A stretch of 34,424 nt of DNA from a virus. The notes below the pieces were generated by a model. That model had not been told where the DNA came from and made no database searches. It saw only the letters and a program-made list of their open reading frames with translations. Shown here one piece after another: positions 14,277-21,243 of the stretch. Position numbers and translations under genes: made by a program. The stretch spans positions 1 through 34,424 of the IMG/VR virus record IMGVR_UViG_3300045988_092413; one strand, written 5' to 3'. How positions within the stretch are numbered: the first letter of the stretch is position 1; each line of letters opens with the position of its first letter.

Positions 14277-14300
14277 CAGCCGCACAAAACCGTGCGGCTG
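14277..14300 (-). terminator. Intrinsic terminator closing the minus-strand accessory region
   Basis: The minus strand reads CAGCCGCAC-GGTTTT-GTGCGGCTG followed by CTTTTTTAT. Confidence 0.75.
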
Positions 14301-14314
14301 TTGAATCCTTGCCC

Positions 14315-14758
14315 TCACTTGGCAATGGCACGCATATATCGCGCGACCTTGTGCGGCCTGGCGTCCTTGTCGTCGATAAACGCCCGCGCCATCTTGCCGT
14401 AAAAATCCGGCGTGTTGTTCCCCGCGGCCGAAATGACTGGTCCATAATCCGACCAGATCATATTGAGAGCGACAAAAAATGCAATCATCTGATCGTCTGG
14501 CACACCGAGCTTATGCCCCAGCTCCGTCGCCTCGGCGTATGTCCAGCGCCCGCCATGCGGTCTGGATGTGTCGGCGTTGTCCATGCGATCCACCCATGCC
14601 TGCGCCTGCTCCATCGTGATCACCTCGCCGCCCTCGCACTCCTTATCGAGCGCGTCCAATGCGATGGACATCAGCGCAAAATCGCGGACGTTGCCAAGCG
14701 TCTGCGGACACTGCATGATCTGCTCCCTGGCCTCTCTGATAGCCTCAGCTGTCCACAT
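14315..14758 (-). CDS. Hypothetical protein
   Basis: 147 aa. RBS AGGAGGGA 5 nt before the ATG. No recognised domain. Confidence 0.55.
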   Translation of the reverse strand: MWTAEAIREAREQIMQCPQTLGNVRDFALMSIALDALDKECEGGEVITMEQAQAWVDRMDNADTSRPHGGRWTYAEATELGHKLGVPDDQMIAFFVALNMIWSDYGPVISAAGNNTPDFYGKMARAFIDDKDARPHKVARYMRAIAK

Positions 14759-14769
14759 ATTTATCCCTC

Positions 14770-15111
14770 CTATGCCTTAGCCTTGTCGATCTGCTCGATC
14801 AGTCTGTCCACGTCCTCAGGCGTGAAGCTCATGCTGTCCTGCCCGATCTGGATAGTCATGCGTCCGCCTGCCTTGGTTATCTGCTCCTTGAGCTGCACCG
14901 CCACCGCGCCGACGTCGATGTTGCCATCCTCCGACATAATGCCCAGCGCTTGGAGCGTGGGCAAATACTTGCCGACGATCCGCTCCGGGTTTGCCGCCGC
15001 TATACCGACGACCGCGCCGTAAATGATCCCCTTAACGCCGCTAATAGATGGGCGCACTACCACGTCATAGTAGTGCGCCACACCCGCGGCGACCTGTTTA
15101 AGCGTCGCCAT
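14770..15111 (-). CDS. Hypothetical protein with one hydrophobic Gly/Ala-rich segment
   Basis: ATG 15111 after GGGAGG. GIIYGAVVGIAAA. The track ORF start at 15165 overlaps the upstream gene. Confidence 0.5.
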   Translation of the reverse strand: MATLKQVAAGVAHYYDVVVRPSISGVKGIIYGAVVGIAAANPERIVGKYLPTLQALGIMSEDGNIDVGAVAVQLKEQITKAGGRMTIQIGQDSMSFTPEDVDRLIEQIDKAKA

Positions 15112-15116
15112 TGTTT

Positions 15117-15671
15117 TTAGCCTCCCGCGTTCGCGCCAGCCGCAGCCGCTGTCGGCGCAGTCCAAGAGTTATAGCGCTGCATAGGCGGCGGGCAAATGTT
15201 TCCGTCCGGGATGACCATCTTAGTCATGCCCATGAGCGCCGCAACCTGGCTTTGCAGACAGCCGATCATGCCGTTGTTGCTGGCATTGTAGACCGCCTGC
15301 TGCGCGATCTGCTCCTCGATACCGCGCAGTCTGCTGTTGATGTCCTTGTACATGTCCAGCATCTTGCTGTCGGTATAAGTGTTCGCGTCGCGGAGCTTAA
15401 TCTCGCTCTCAAGCTCCGCGATCCGCGCGGACTGGGTAGCCTCGTAGCGGTTGATCGTGTGATCCTCGCTACAAGTGGCCGTTGTGCGCGCAGCAGCGCT
15501 GGCCATCATCATCGCCGCAGCCATGTCGGCGACAGTGTCCCGGCGATTGCCGCCGAGAAGACCGTTAAGCACGTTGCCGCCACCCAGCAGCCCCAGCGTA
15601 GTGCCTGCGATGCCAAAACCCAAACCGGTGTTGGCCACGCCTTTGGAAGCATACTCTTTATATTCCATCAT
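15117..15671 (-). CDS. Hypothetical protein: glycine-zipper-like N-terminus plus coiled-coil
   Basis: GVANTGLGFGIAGTTLGLLGGGNVLNGLLGG, then RIAELESEIKLRD...RLRGIEEQIAQQ. RBS GGAGGGAG. Confidence 0.55.
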   Translation of the reverse strand: MMEYKEYASKGVANTGLGFGIAGTTLGLLGGGNVLNGLLGGNRRDTVADMAAAMMMASAAARTTATCSEDHTINRYEATQSARIAELESEIKLRDANTYTDSKMLDMYKDINSRLRGIEEQIAQQAVYNASNNGMIGCLQSQVAALMGMTKMVIPDGNICPPPMQRYNSWTAPTAAAAGANAGG

Positions 15672-15708
15672 GCTCCCTCCTTTCTGCCCTCATTTTTGCA
15701 TAAAAAAA

Positions 15709-15734
15709 GGACGTGCACCTATCAGATGCACGTC
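15709..15734 (-). terminator. Intrinsic terminator after 15755..16063
   Basis: The minus strand reads GACGTGCA-loop-TGCACGTC followed by CTTTTTTTAT. Confidence 0.7.
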
Positions 15735-15754
15735 TTGTTTATATCAGGTTTTTG

Positions 15755-16063
15755 TCAGTCCCACATGTGCTCACTTACTGCCGCATCCCACTCGGCCTCC
15801 ATGTCACTGATGGCCTTTTTCCAGTCCTCGCCGTCAAGGATGCGCTCGACGGCTTTTCTGCCTGCGCTGGCCTTGTGGTAATTGGCCGCGCGGGAGTAGC
15901 TTTCCGCGCGGAGCATCTCGGCCGGGCGTGCTTTGAGCAGCTTGACGGCCTTTTCACTCGGCGATACGGCCATCTTGTCGCCCATGAGGGCAAAGCTCAG
16001 GCCGGAGTGTTCGAGGATTTCACTCGCGGCGGTGGAAAGCTGCTGCTTGTACTTTTCTTTCAT
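15755..16063 (-). CDS. Hypothetical small protein, paralog of 16214..16591
   Basis: C-terminal GRKAVERILDGEDWKKAISDMEAEW aligns with GQKAVDNILDGADWALEVEEMKKQW in the paralog. RBS AGGAGGAAG. Confidence 0.6.
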   Translation of the reverse strand: MKEKYKQQLSTAASEILEHSGLSFALMGDKMAVSPSEKAVKLLKARPAEMLRAESYSRAANYHKASAGRKAVERILDGEDWKKAISDMEAEWDAAVSEHMWD

Positions 16064-16113
16064 GGTTTCTTCCTCCTGTCGATCGGGTTGTTTTCTTTGT
16101 TCCTTACAAGTAT

Positions 16114-16142
16114 ATTATAAAACAGTTAGCCTTATTTGTCAA
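16114..16142 (-). promoter_or_regulatory. Promoter cassette P1 (TTGACA-17-TATAAT)
   Basis: The plus strand has tgtcaa at 16137-16142 and attata at 16114-16119. Homologous to P2 and P3. Confidence 0.75.
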
Positions 16143-16182
16143 TCATATCATAAAACATTTTTAAAAAATATGAACAAATAAA

Positions 16183-16212
16183 AGAGGCGTGTATCCTCTG
16201 ACACACGCCTCT
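16183..16212 (-). terminator. Intrinsic terminator after 16214..16591
   Basis: 10-bp perfect stem agaggcgtgt/acacgcctct, with T-runs on both sides. Confidence 0.75.
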
Positions 16213-16213
16213 T

Positions 16214-16591
16214 TTATTTGCGATGATTGATAACATCATTAATATGTTTGTTCCACTGTTTCTTCATCTCCTCGACTTCCAGCGCCCAATCAGCGCCGTC
16301 AAGAATATTATCAACAGCTTTTTGACCCAACGTGGCTTTTGCCGCGTTGGCCGAATCTCTGTACATCTCGGCATAAAGGAGCGCGACAGCCATCGGGTAT
16401 TGAGCTTCCAGATCATCCAGATCGCTTTCCGGCTCATCTGGATACTTGCCGAAGCCTTTCAGCGCGAGCATGTAAGCCTCGTCAAAGGCTGCCTGTTCTG
16501 CCTTCGCTGCTTCAAGCTTTTTGATTCCGGGAATCGAGTTGCGGAAGTTCTGGCGACGCTCAACAATTTTGTTTTCTTCGTTCTTTTTCAT
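16214..16591 (-). CDS. Hypothetical small protein, paralog of 15755..16063; visibly AT-richer than the genome
   Basis: 125 aa. RBS AAGGAGGA. Shares the C-terminal domain with 15755..16063. Confidence 0.6.
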   Translation of the reverse strand: MKKNEENKIVERRQNFRNSIPGIKKLEAAKAEQAAFDEAYMLALKGFGKYPDEPESDLDDLEAQYPMAVALLYAEMYRDSANAAKATLGQKAVDNILDGADWALEVEEMKKQWNKHINDVINHRK

Positions 16592-16630
16592 TTTTTTGTT
16601 TCCTCCTTAGGTTTTTCCTTTTACGCACTT

Positions 16631-16659
16631 ATTATAAGGCATTTTGCTTTATTTGTCAA
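16631..16659 (-). promoter_or_regulatory. Promoter cassette P2 (TTGACA-17-TATAAT)
   Basis: The plus strand has tgtcaa at 16654-16659 and attata at 16631-16636. Confidence 0.8.
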
Positions 16660-16701
16660 TAGCATTTTAAAGCATTTTTAAACTTTTTTGAAACAAAAAA
16701 T

Positions 16702-16720
16702 CCTCTGCTTATTGCAGAGG
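16702..16720 (-). terminator. Intrinsic terminator ending the P3 operon
   Basis: The minus strand reads CCTCTGC-AATAA-GCAGAGG followed by ATTTTTTGTTT. Confidence 0.7.
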
Positions 16721-16727
16721 AAAATGC

Positions 16728-17465
16728 TTATTGATCCGGATCGTCCGGCTTGCGCCTGTGTGCGGGCGTGATGGGCAGAGACAGCAGCCCCCAGCCCTTA
16801 TAGTGATACAAAGATCCCTTGCACGATGGGGCACCTCGCATGCTTGTCGCGATCTTTTTTAAACCGCTTGCTATACGTTTTGCGGCGATATCTCGCTCCT
16901 CTTCCGGAGTTTGCGGCTCAAAGAGCCGGTAATTATTCCGCGCCCAGTCGAGCAGATTGGTGCACGGCACTTGATTGCCGCTCGGATCGACCAGCACCCA
17001 GATTTTGCTTTCTCGGTTTTGCGGTCCACGTTGCCCCTCCGGGATTGCAAGCGCCGCTTGCACGCCGCGCGGTTGCAGCTCGTCCATCTGCGCCTTAACA
17101 GCAGCGTCTTCCGCGCGTCGCCTTTTCGCGTCCTCTCCCCACTTGCGTGGTTTGTCATGTGCCGACTTCGCCGCGCGGAGACGACGGCAAGCGTCCGAGC
17201 ACGTCACGCGATTGTCTGACCGATACGAGTCAAACAGTCTGCCGCAGATCACGCATGCTTGTGTGATCTTGCCCACCGCCTTACATCCGCACGACGTCGT
17301 CTTACCAGAGATCAGATTGCTCGCATAGTACGACTTAACGCTGCCACATCGCAGGCACTCCGCATCGCATCGGGTCTTAGACGACGCTTCCGGCCGCCTC
17401 CAAATCCGCAAAACCTTGAGATCGCCGAACACGTCGCCGACCTGCATGTTGAGTTTGCGAGGCAT
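16728..17465 (-). CDS. Hypothetical Cys-rich (zinc-finger-like) protein with an uncharacterised C-terminal domain
   Basis: ATG 17465 lies 8 nt after GGGAGG. CDAECLRCGS...SCGCK...CVICG...CSDAC. The C-terminus ends ...YHYKGWGLL. Confidence 0.55.
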   Translation of the reverse strand: MPRKLNMQVGDVFGDLKVLRIWRRPEASSKTRCDAECLRCGSVKSYYASNLISGKTTSCGCKAVGKITQACVICGRLFDSYRSDNRVTCSDACRRLRAAKSAHDKPRKWGEDAKRRRAEDAAVKAQMDELQPRGVQAALAIPEGQRGPQNRESKIWVLVDPSGNQVPCTNLLDWARNNYRLFEPQTPEEERDIAAKRIASGLKKIATSMRGAPSCKGSLYHYKGWGLLSLPITPAHRRKPDDPDQ

Positions 17466-17467
17466 GC

Positions 17468-17950
17468 TCAACGCCTCCCAAACTCGCCGCCGACAAGGAT
17501 GCGCGGAAGCCCTTTATACATAATGGCTTCTTCGCCGCGGCCATCAACCCAGCGCTGGCCCCTGATCTCATCAATGGTCAACGGCTGCTCGCCCTGCCAG
17601 TCCGCGAGGGTAAACTGCACACCCTCAGACTGGATCACGGCGATGATCCCGACATCCGGATGATCGACGAGATAAAATATCCCATATTCGTCGATCACTG
17701 TCTCGGACACGATCGGGAGCGCCAGCGTGCATCCAGTCTCCCAATCGTAGACGGCCAGCTTCGGCGCATCGCCGCGCAGATAGGCCGCGGTCACACCCAG
17801 CGCATCCGCCAGAGCAGGGAGCAGCTTTGGGCCGAGGTTTCGCTGCCCGCTCTCGTAGCTGTTGAGCGTCTGCGCCGACACGCCCAATTTATCGGCCAGC
17901 TCTTTCTGGCCCAACCCGCGCAGGATACGCAGATTTTTGATTCCCATCAT
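17468..17950 (-). CDS. XRE-family HTH protein fused to an uncharacterised C-terminal domain
   Basis: LRGLGQKELADKLGVSAQTLNSYESGQRN is an HTH_3 motif. About 95 aa follow with no S24 peptidase motif. ATGA overlap with the upstream gene. Confidence 0.65.
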   Translation of the reverse strand: MMGIKNLRILRGLGQKELADKLGVSAQTLNSYESGQRNLGPKLLPALADALGVTAAYLRGDAPKLAVYDWETGCTLALPIVSETVIDEYGIFYLVDHPDVGIIAVIQSEGVQFTLADWQGEQPLTIDEIRGQRWVDGRGEEAIMYKGLPRILVGGEFGRR

Positions 17951-18174
17951 TTCGCCCGCACCTCCTCGATCGCAGGCTCAAGGTCATGGCTGCCAAAGGC
18001 GTCGCACAACACGACGTCCTTGTTGCCGCAACCGCGACCGCAAGGGCAGGTGACATAATGGGCAATAACCTGCCCGTCATGCACCAGATCGACAGGGACG
18101 GTTGTTCCGTCTCCGCAGTAGCCGCGGCCTTTCGGTTCACCCCAAATGAGCCTATAACCATCTTTCAATTTCAT
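17947..18174 (-). CDS. Hypothetical small Cys-rich protein
   Basis: 75 aa. RBS AAGGAGGAAAAAC. CPCGRGCG motif. Confidence 0.55.
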   Translation of the reverse strand: MKLKDGYRLIWGEPKGRGYCGDGTTVPVDLVHDGQVIAHYVTCPCGRGCGNKDVVLCDAFGSHDLEPAIEEVRAK

Positions 18175-18189
18175 GTTTTTCCTCCTTAC

Positions 18190-18411
18190 TTATAACCTTT
18201 CGAGCGTCTTAATCAGAGACGCAGACGGCTTAAATCCGCAATCTAGGACGGCTTTATAGAGCGCCCTGATCTCATTAGGTTTTCCAACGCTAAATGAGAT
18301 CGTTCCTCTATTCGTAACCCTCACGAAAGAGGACGAGGCCATGAAACCGAGCTCCTTACAGATTTCCTCATAAGACATCTGCTTTTTTTCTCCATTTTGG
18401 ATCACGTTCAT
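18190..18411 (-). CDS. Hypothetical small protein (possible HTH), AT-richer than its surroundings
   Basis: ATG 18411 after AAGGAGGAATAATA. MSYEEICKELGF... 73 aa. Confidence 0.5.
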   Translation of the reverse strand: MNVIQNGEKKQMSYEEICKELGFMASSSFVRVTNRGTISFSVGKPNEIRALYKAVLDCGFKPSASLIKTLERL

Positions 18412-18427
18412 TATTATTCCTCCTTTT

Positions 18428-18721
18428 TTACGCGGCGACAAGCGCGCCGGTCATGTTGTCGATGTAGCCGATCTCAAGGTCGCGCTTGCGGTTCCACGCG
18501 TTGGTGTAGATGCGCGCGGAAACGTAGGTGCGATTGTGGCCGCCCTTAACCCAGTCGTTCGCAACGACCTTGAAGTTCCAGCCGGACTCCTTGCCCTCCT
18601 TCTCGGCAGCGAGAAGGGCCTTAGCCAACGCCCAGGCACCTTTAAGTGCCACGCTCAGGCTCAGGCCAAAGCTCTTGACCATGATCCACGCGCGCTTCAT
18701 GATAACCTTCTTGTTGTACAT
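18428..18721 (-). CDS. Hypothetical small protein, first gene of the P3 operon
   Basis: ATG 18721 after GAGGAGGAAAAAGCA. 97 aa. Confidence 0.55.
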   Translation of the reverse strand: MYNKKVIMKRAWIMVKSFGLSLSVALKGAWALAKALLAAEKEGKESGWNFKVVANDWVKGGHNRTYVSARIYTNAWNRKRDLEIGYIDNMTGALVAA

Positions 18722-18775
18722 TGCTTTTTCCTCCTCGCCCTTTAGGCTTTTTGTTTTCTTGTTCCTTATGCGCCT

Positions 18776-18804
18776 ACTATAAGGCATTTTGTTTTATTTG
18801 TCAA
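18776..18804 (-). promoter_or_regulatory. Promoter cassette P3 (TTGACA-17-TATAGT)
   Basis: The plus strand has tgtcaa at 18799-18804 and actata at 18776-18781. About 60 bp are nearly identical to P2. Confidence 0.8.
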
Positions 18805-18850
18805 TAGCATTTTAAAACATTTTTAAACTTTTTTTTGAAACAAAAAAAAT

Positions 18851-18870
18851 CCCCGGCCATCAGGCCGGGG
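18851..18870 (-). terminator. Strong intrinsic terminator after the lysis cassette
   Basis: The minus strand reads CCCCGGCC-TGAT-GGCCGGGG followed by ATTTTTTTT. The stop codon of 18860..19087 lies in the loop. Confidence 0.8.
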
Positions 18871-19087
18871 TGTTATCATCCGTATATATAGATGCAGACA
18901 TTCGTCTTTTAATTTCGCGAATGCTGCGGCTGACGGTCGCCGGAGACATGCCCAGCGTCATGCTGATCTGCACGATGCTGTAACCACGCCAGAGCAAATC
19001 AAAGACCTGCCCCAGCCGAACGTGAACGTCAAAGCCGCAGCGGCGGGCGATTTCTTCTTTCGTGCGCCTGTCAAAGTCAAGGCGCAC
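18860..19087 (-). CDS. Small sigma-region-4/LuxR-like HTH protein
   Basis: LLWRGYSIVQISMTLGMSPATVSRSIREIKRRM. GTG start 9 nt after GGGAGG. Confidence 0.55.
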   Translation of the reverse strand: MRLDFDRRTKEEIARRCGFDVHVRLGQVFDLLWRGYSIVQISMTLGMSPATVSRSIREIKRRMSASIYTDDNTPA

Positions 19088-19102
19088 GGTAAACCGCCTC
19101 CC

Positions 19103-19357
19103 TTATCCCTCCTTGGGCTTGTCGTAGGTCATCGCCTGCGCGCTGTCGCTGATGCCCTTGGTCGTCGGGTCGGCAATCACGCCGATCATGCCCAGCACCG
19201 TCAGAATCGCGTTGACAGCGGTCAAAAGCGCGTCCTGCTGCACCGTCGGCGTTACGCCAAACAGCGCCAGCAGGTTATAGACAAACGCGATCACCAGCGC
19301 CAGAAACGACGCGAGGAACGTCTTATTGTGAAAGCGTACCCACCAGTTAATCCTCAT
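19103..19357 (-). CDS. Holin (phi LC3-like family)
   Basis: MRINWWVRFHNKTFLASFLALVIAFVYN...ADPTTKGISDS matches the conserved N-terminus and DPTTKG motif of this holin family. 2 TM helices. Adjacent to the endolysin. Confidence 0.8.
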   Translation of the reverse strand: MRINWWVRFHNKTFLASFLALVIAFVYNLLALFGVTPTVQQDALLTAVNAILTVLGMIGVIADPTTKGISDSAQAMTYDKPKEG

Positions 19358-19569
19358 ACCTTGATATCTCCTTTTAAATCCCGAATGTCATGTTGAAGCT
19401 CTTTAACCTCGCCCTCAAGCTTGTACGTCCTCTCGACGATACTGTTGTGCTTGTTGACCTTATCCTCAAGCTGCTGGATGCGATATTGCATCAGCTTGTT
19501 GGATGCAAGCACGCCTGCAAGGCTGCCAATCGCGCTTGCAACCGCCGGAAGCCATGTCATCAAGTCCAC
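19354..19569 (-). CDS. Small membrane / coiled-coil lysis-accessory protein (XhlA-like)
   Basis: N-terminal TM helix WLPAVASAIGSLAGVLA followed by a coiled-coil. Lies between the endolysin and the holin. Confidence 0.5.
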   Translation of the reverse strand: MDLMTWLPAVASAIGSLAGVLASNKLMQYRIQQLEDKVNKHNSIVERTYKLEGEVKELQHDIRDLKGDIKV

Positions 19570-19584
19570 CTATCCGTCACCTCA

Positions 19585-20349
19585 TTAGTCATTTGTAACC
19601 TTCCACCGCCCGACCAGCGTCACGTACGCGCCGTTGCCGTCGGTGAGCGTCGTCGTGTCGCCGGTTTCCTCGCCGCCGTCGCCCGCATCGCCAGCGCCCG
19701 GCGCATCCTCGACCAGATACTCGCTGGACATATACCCGGCCTCGCCGCTTGCCAGCTCGCCGAAGACCCAGCCCGTGCCGCCCGCCTCGCGGATGATGTT
19801 CACCCGCGCGCCGTTTTCGGCTTTGGCGATGATCTTTGACCGCGTGCTTGCGCCCTCGCGGATGTTGAGATATCCGCTTGTTACGCTCACTGTTGCGTTG
19901 CCAAAAATCTTTTCCGCTTCGCTCACTTCCGTTTTTCCTCCTTCCGGATAGTCCACCTCGATCATCCGATGCACCCCCAGCCCGTCCCACCCTGCCTTCG
20001 CCGTCAGCGCGGTTTCGACCACGCCGCCCCGGCTCTTGCTTGAGTGGATGACCGTCCCGTTCTCCGTCACCAGCCCGGTGTGATTCACGTCGCCCGTGCC
20101 AACGCCTATGAACGCCAGCATTCCCGGCTTCGCGCCGGAAATGCCCGACTGCCGCCAGATCAAATGGCGATACTTCGGCACGCTGTCAAAGCTGTTCCAA
20201 AGCTCGTTCGTCCCTGCCGTCGTGTAGCGCTTGTCGCCGCCCGGCGCTGTGCGGATGACCTTCTTGATGAGGTTGATACAGTCCAGCTCGCTGTACGCCG
20301 TCCCGATCAGCCCCCGCGCCGCGCGGATGGCAGCTTCTGTTTGGATCAA
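19585..20349 (-). CDS. Endolysin: NlpC/P60 cysteine peptidase + SH3 domain
   Basis: GTAYSELDC (catalytic Cys context), NHTGLV (His). SH3-like GYLNIREGASTRSKIIAKAENGARVNII...GYMSSEYL. TTG start. Confidence 0.85.
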   Translation of the reverse strand: MIQTEAAIRAARGLIGTAYSELDCINLIKKVIRTAPGGDKRYTTAGTNELWNSFDSVPKYRHLIWRQSGISGAKPGMLAFIGVGTGDVNHTGLVTENGTVIHSSKSRGGVVETALTAKAGWDGLGVHRMIEVDYPEGGKTEVSEAEKIFGNATVSVTSGYLNIREGASTRSKIIAKAENGARVNIIREAGGTGWVFGELASGEAGYMSSEYLVEDAPGAGDAGDGGEETGDTTTLTDGNGAYVTLVGRWKVTND

Positions 20350-20372
20350 AGGCTTTCACACTCCTTCCGCCT

Positions 20373-20549
20373 TTATCCGAGCATATGCCCTCTAAGACGA
20401 TGGAACTTTTTGAGTGCTCGTCTTCGAGCGCGTGCGTATTCCCGGATAGCTTCGTCAGTCGGCTCAGCGTGCAGGCACTCAACAAGATATCTGATCGCCC
20501 ATTCTCGTGCCTGCTGTTTTTGCTTTCTGTATTCCATTTTGCTTTTCAT
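20373..20549 (-). CDS. Possible small basic ORF (58 aa), not in the ORF track
   Basis: Hand translation MKSKMEYRKQKQQAREWAIRYLVECLHAEPTDEAIREYARARRRALKKFHRLRGHMLG. The RBS is distant (17 nt). Confidence 0.3.
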   Translation of the reverse strand: MKSKMEYRKQKQQAREWAIRYLVECLHAEPTDEAIREYARARRRALKKFHRLRGHMLG

Positions 20550-20763
20550 TTTTTTTCAAAGTCCGCCTCCCCTTACCGATCAAGTCAAACTTTTTTATGT
20601 CGAAATGTTTAACTCGACTCTCAAAAGTGCGCAAAAAACGCCCTGTTTGAGAATTAAGTTAGTTAACAATAGCGCCCTAGATAAAATAAGCAGATGGTAC
20701 AAACGGCTAATGCCACATGCCTCCCATCAGGAACCGATGCAGCGCGGCGAGGGCTTCCTTGCG

Positions 20764-20916
20764 TCACTCCGTCACGAGGTCTTCGCAACCGCTGTCGATC
20801 AGGACTTCCTTGACCTTATCCTTGAGCAGGCGCGGAACCTGCGCGTAGGTCTTCTTGCCAAGCATAATCTGCTGTGCCCACAACATAGCCATCATATCTT
20901 CTTCCTTTCCGCTCAT
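20764..20916 (-). CDS. Small conserved tail-fibre/lysis-junction protein (hypothetical)
   Basis: MSGKEEDMMAMLWAQQIMLGKKTYAQVPRLLKDKVKEVLIDSGCEDLV resembles the short proteins often seen between fibre and holin genes in Firmicutes phages. Confidence 0.55.
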   Translation of the reverse strand: MSGKEEDMMAMLWAQQIMLGKKTYAQVPRLLKDKVKEVLIDSGCEDLVTE

Positions 20917-20938
20917 TATAATGAGCCGTCCAAAAAAT

Positions 20939-21241
20939 TTAAGCATACACAATCTCGCTCATTTCGAGGATGCATTGCAGCAGGGTTTCATTTTGGTTTT
21001 CGAGTGCCTTGATGCGTTCAAGCTGCGTCGGCTTCGGGTCGGGGTCTTCCGGCTTTGGCTTCGGGTCATGGACATACGTGTCATTTACATAGCGATAGTC
21101 AGAGATATCGCTATTCGGCAGCATCTCTACCACCGGCATGCCGTTGTAGGTTTTTGGTACATCTTCCCCGTCGTGCCAGCCAAGCACGACACAAGCCGAC
21201 AAAATGCGCCCATCGTCCGCAAGATTCAATCCATATATCAT
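20939..21241 (-). CDS. Hypothetical tail-fibre-associated protein
   Basis: ATG 21241 after AAGGGGGTG. Pro-rich linker KPKPEDPDPKP, then QLERIKALENQNETLLQCILEMSEIVYA. Confidence 0.55.
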   Translation of the reverse strand: MIYGLNLADDGRILSACVVLGWHDGEDVPKTYNGMPVVEMLPNSDISDYRYVNDTYVHDPKPKPEDPDPKPTQLERIKALENQNETLLQCILEMSEIVYA

Positions 21242-21243
21242 TT

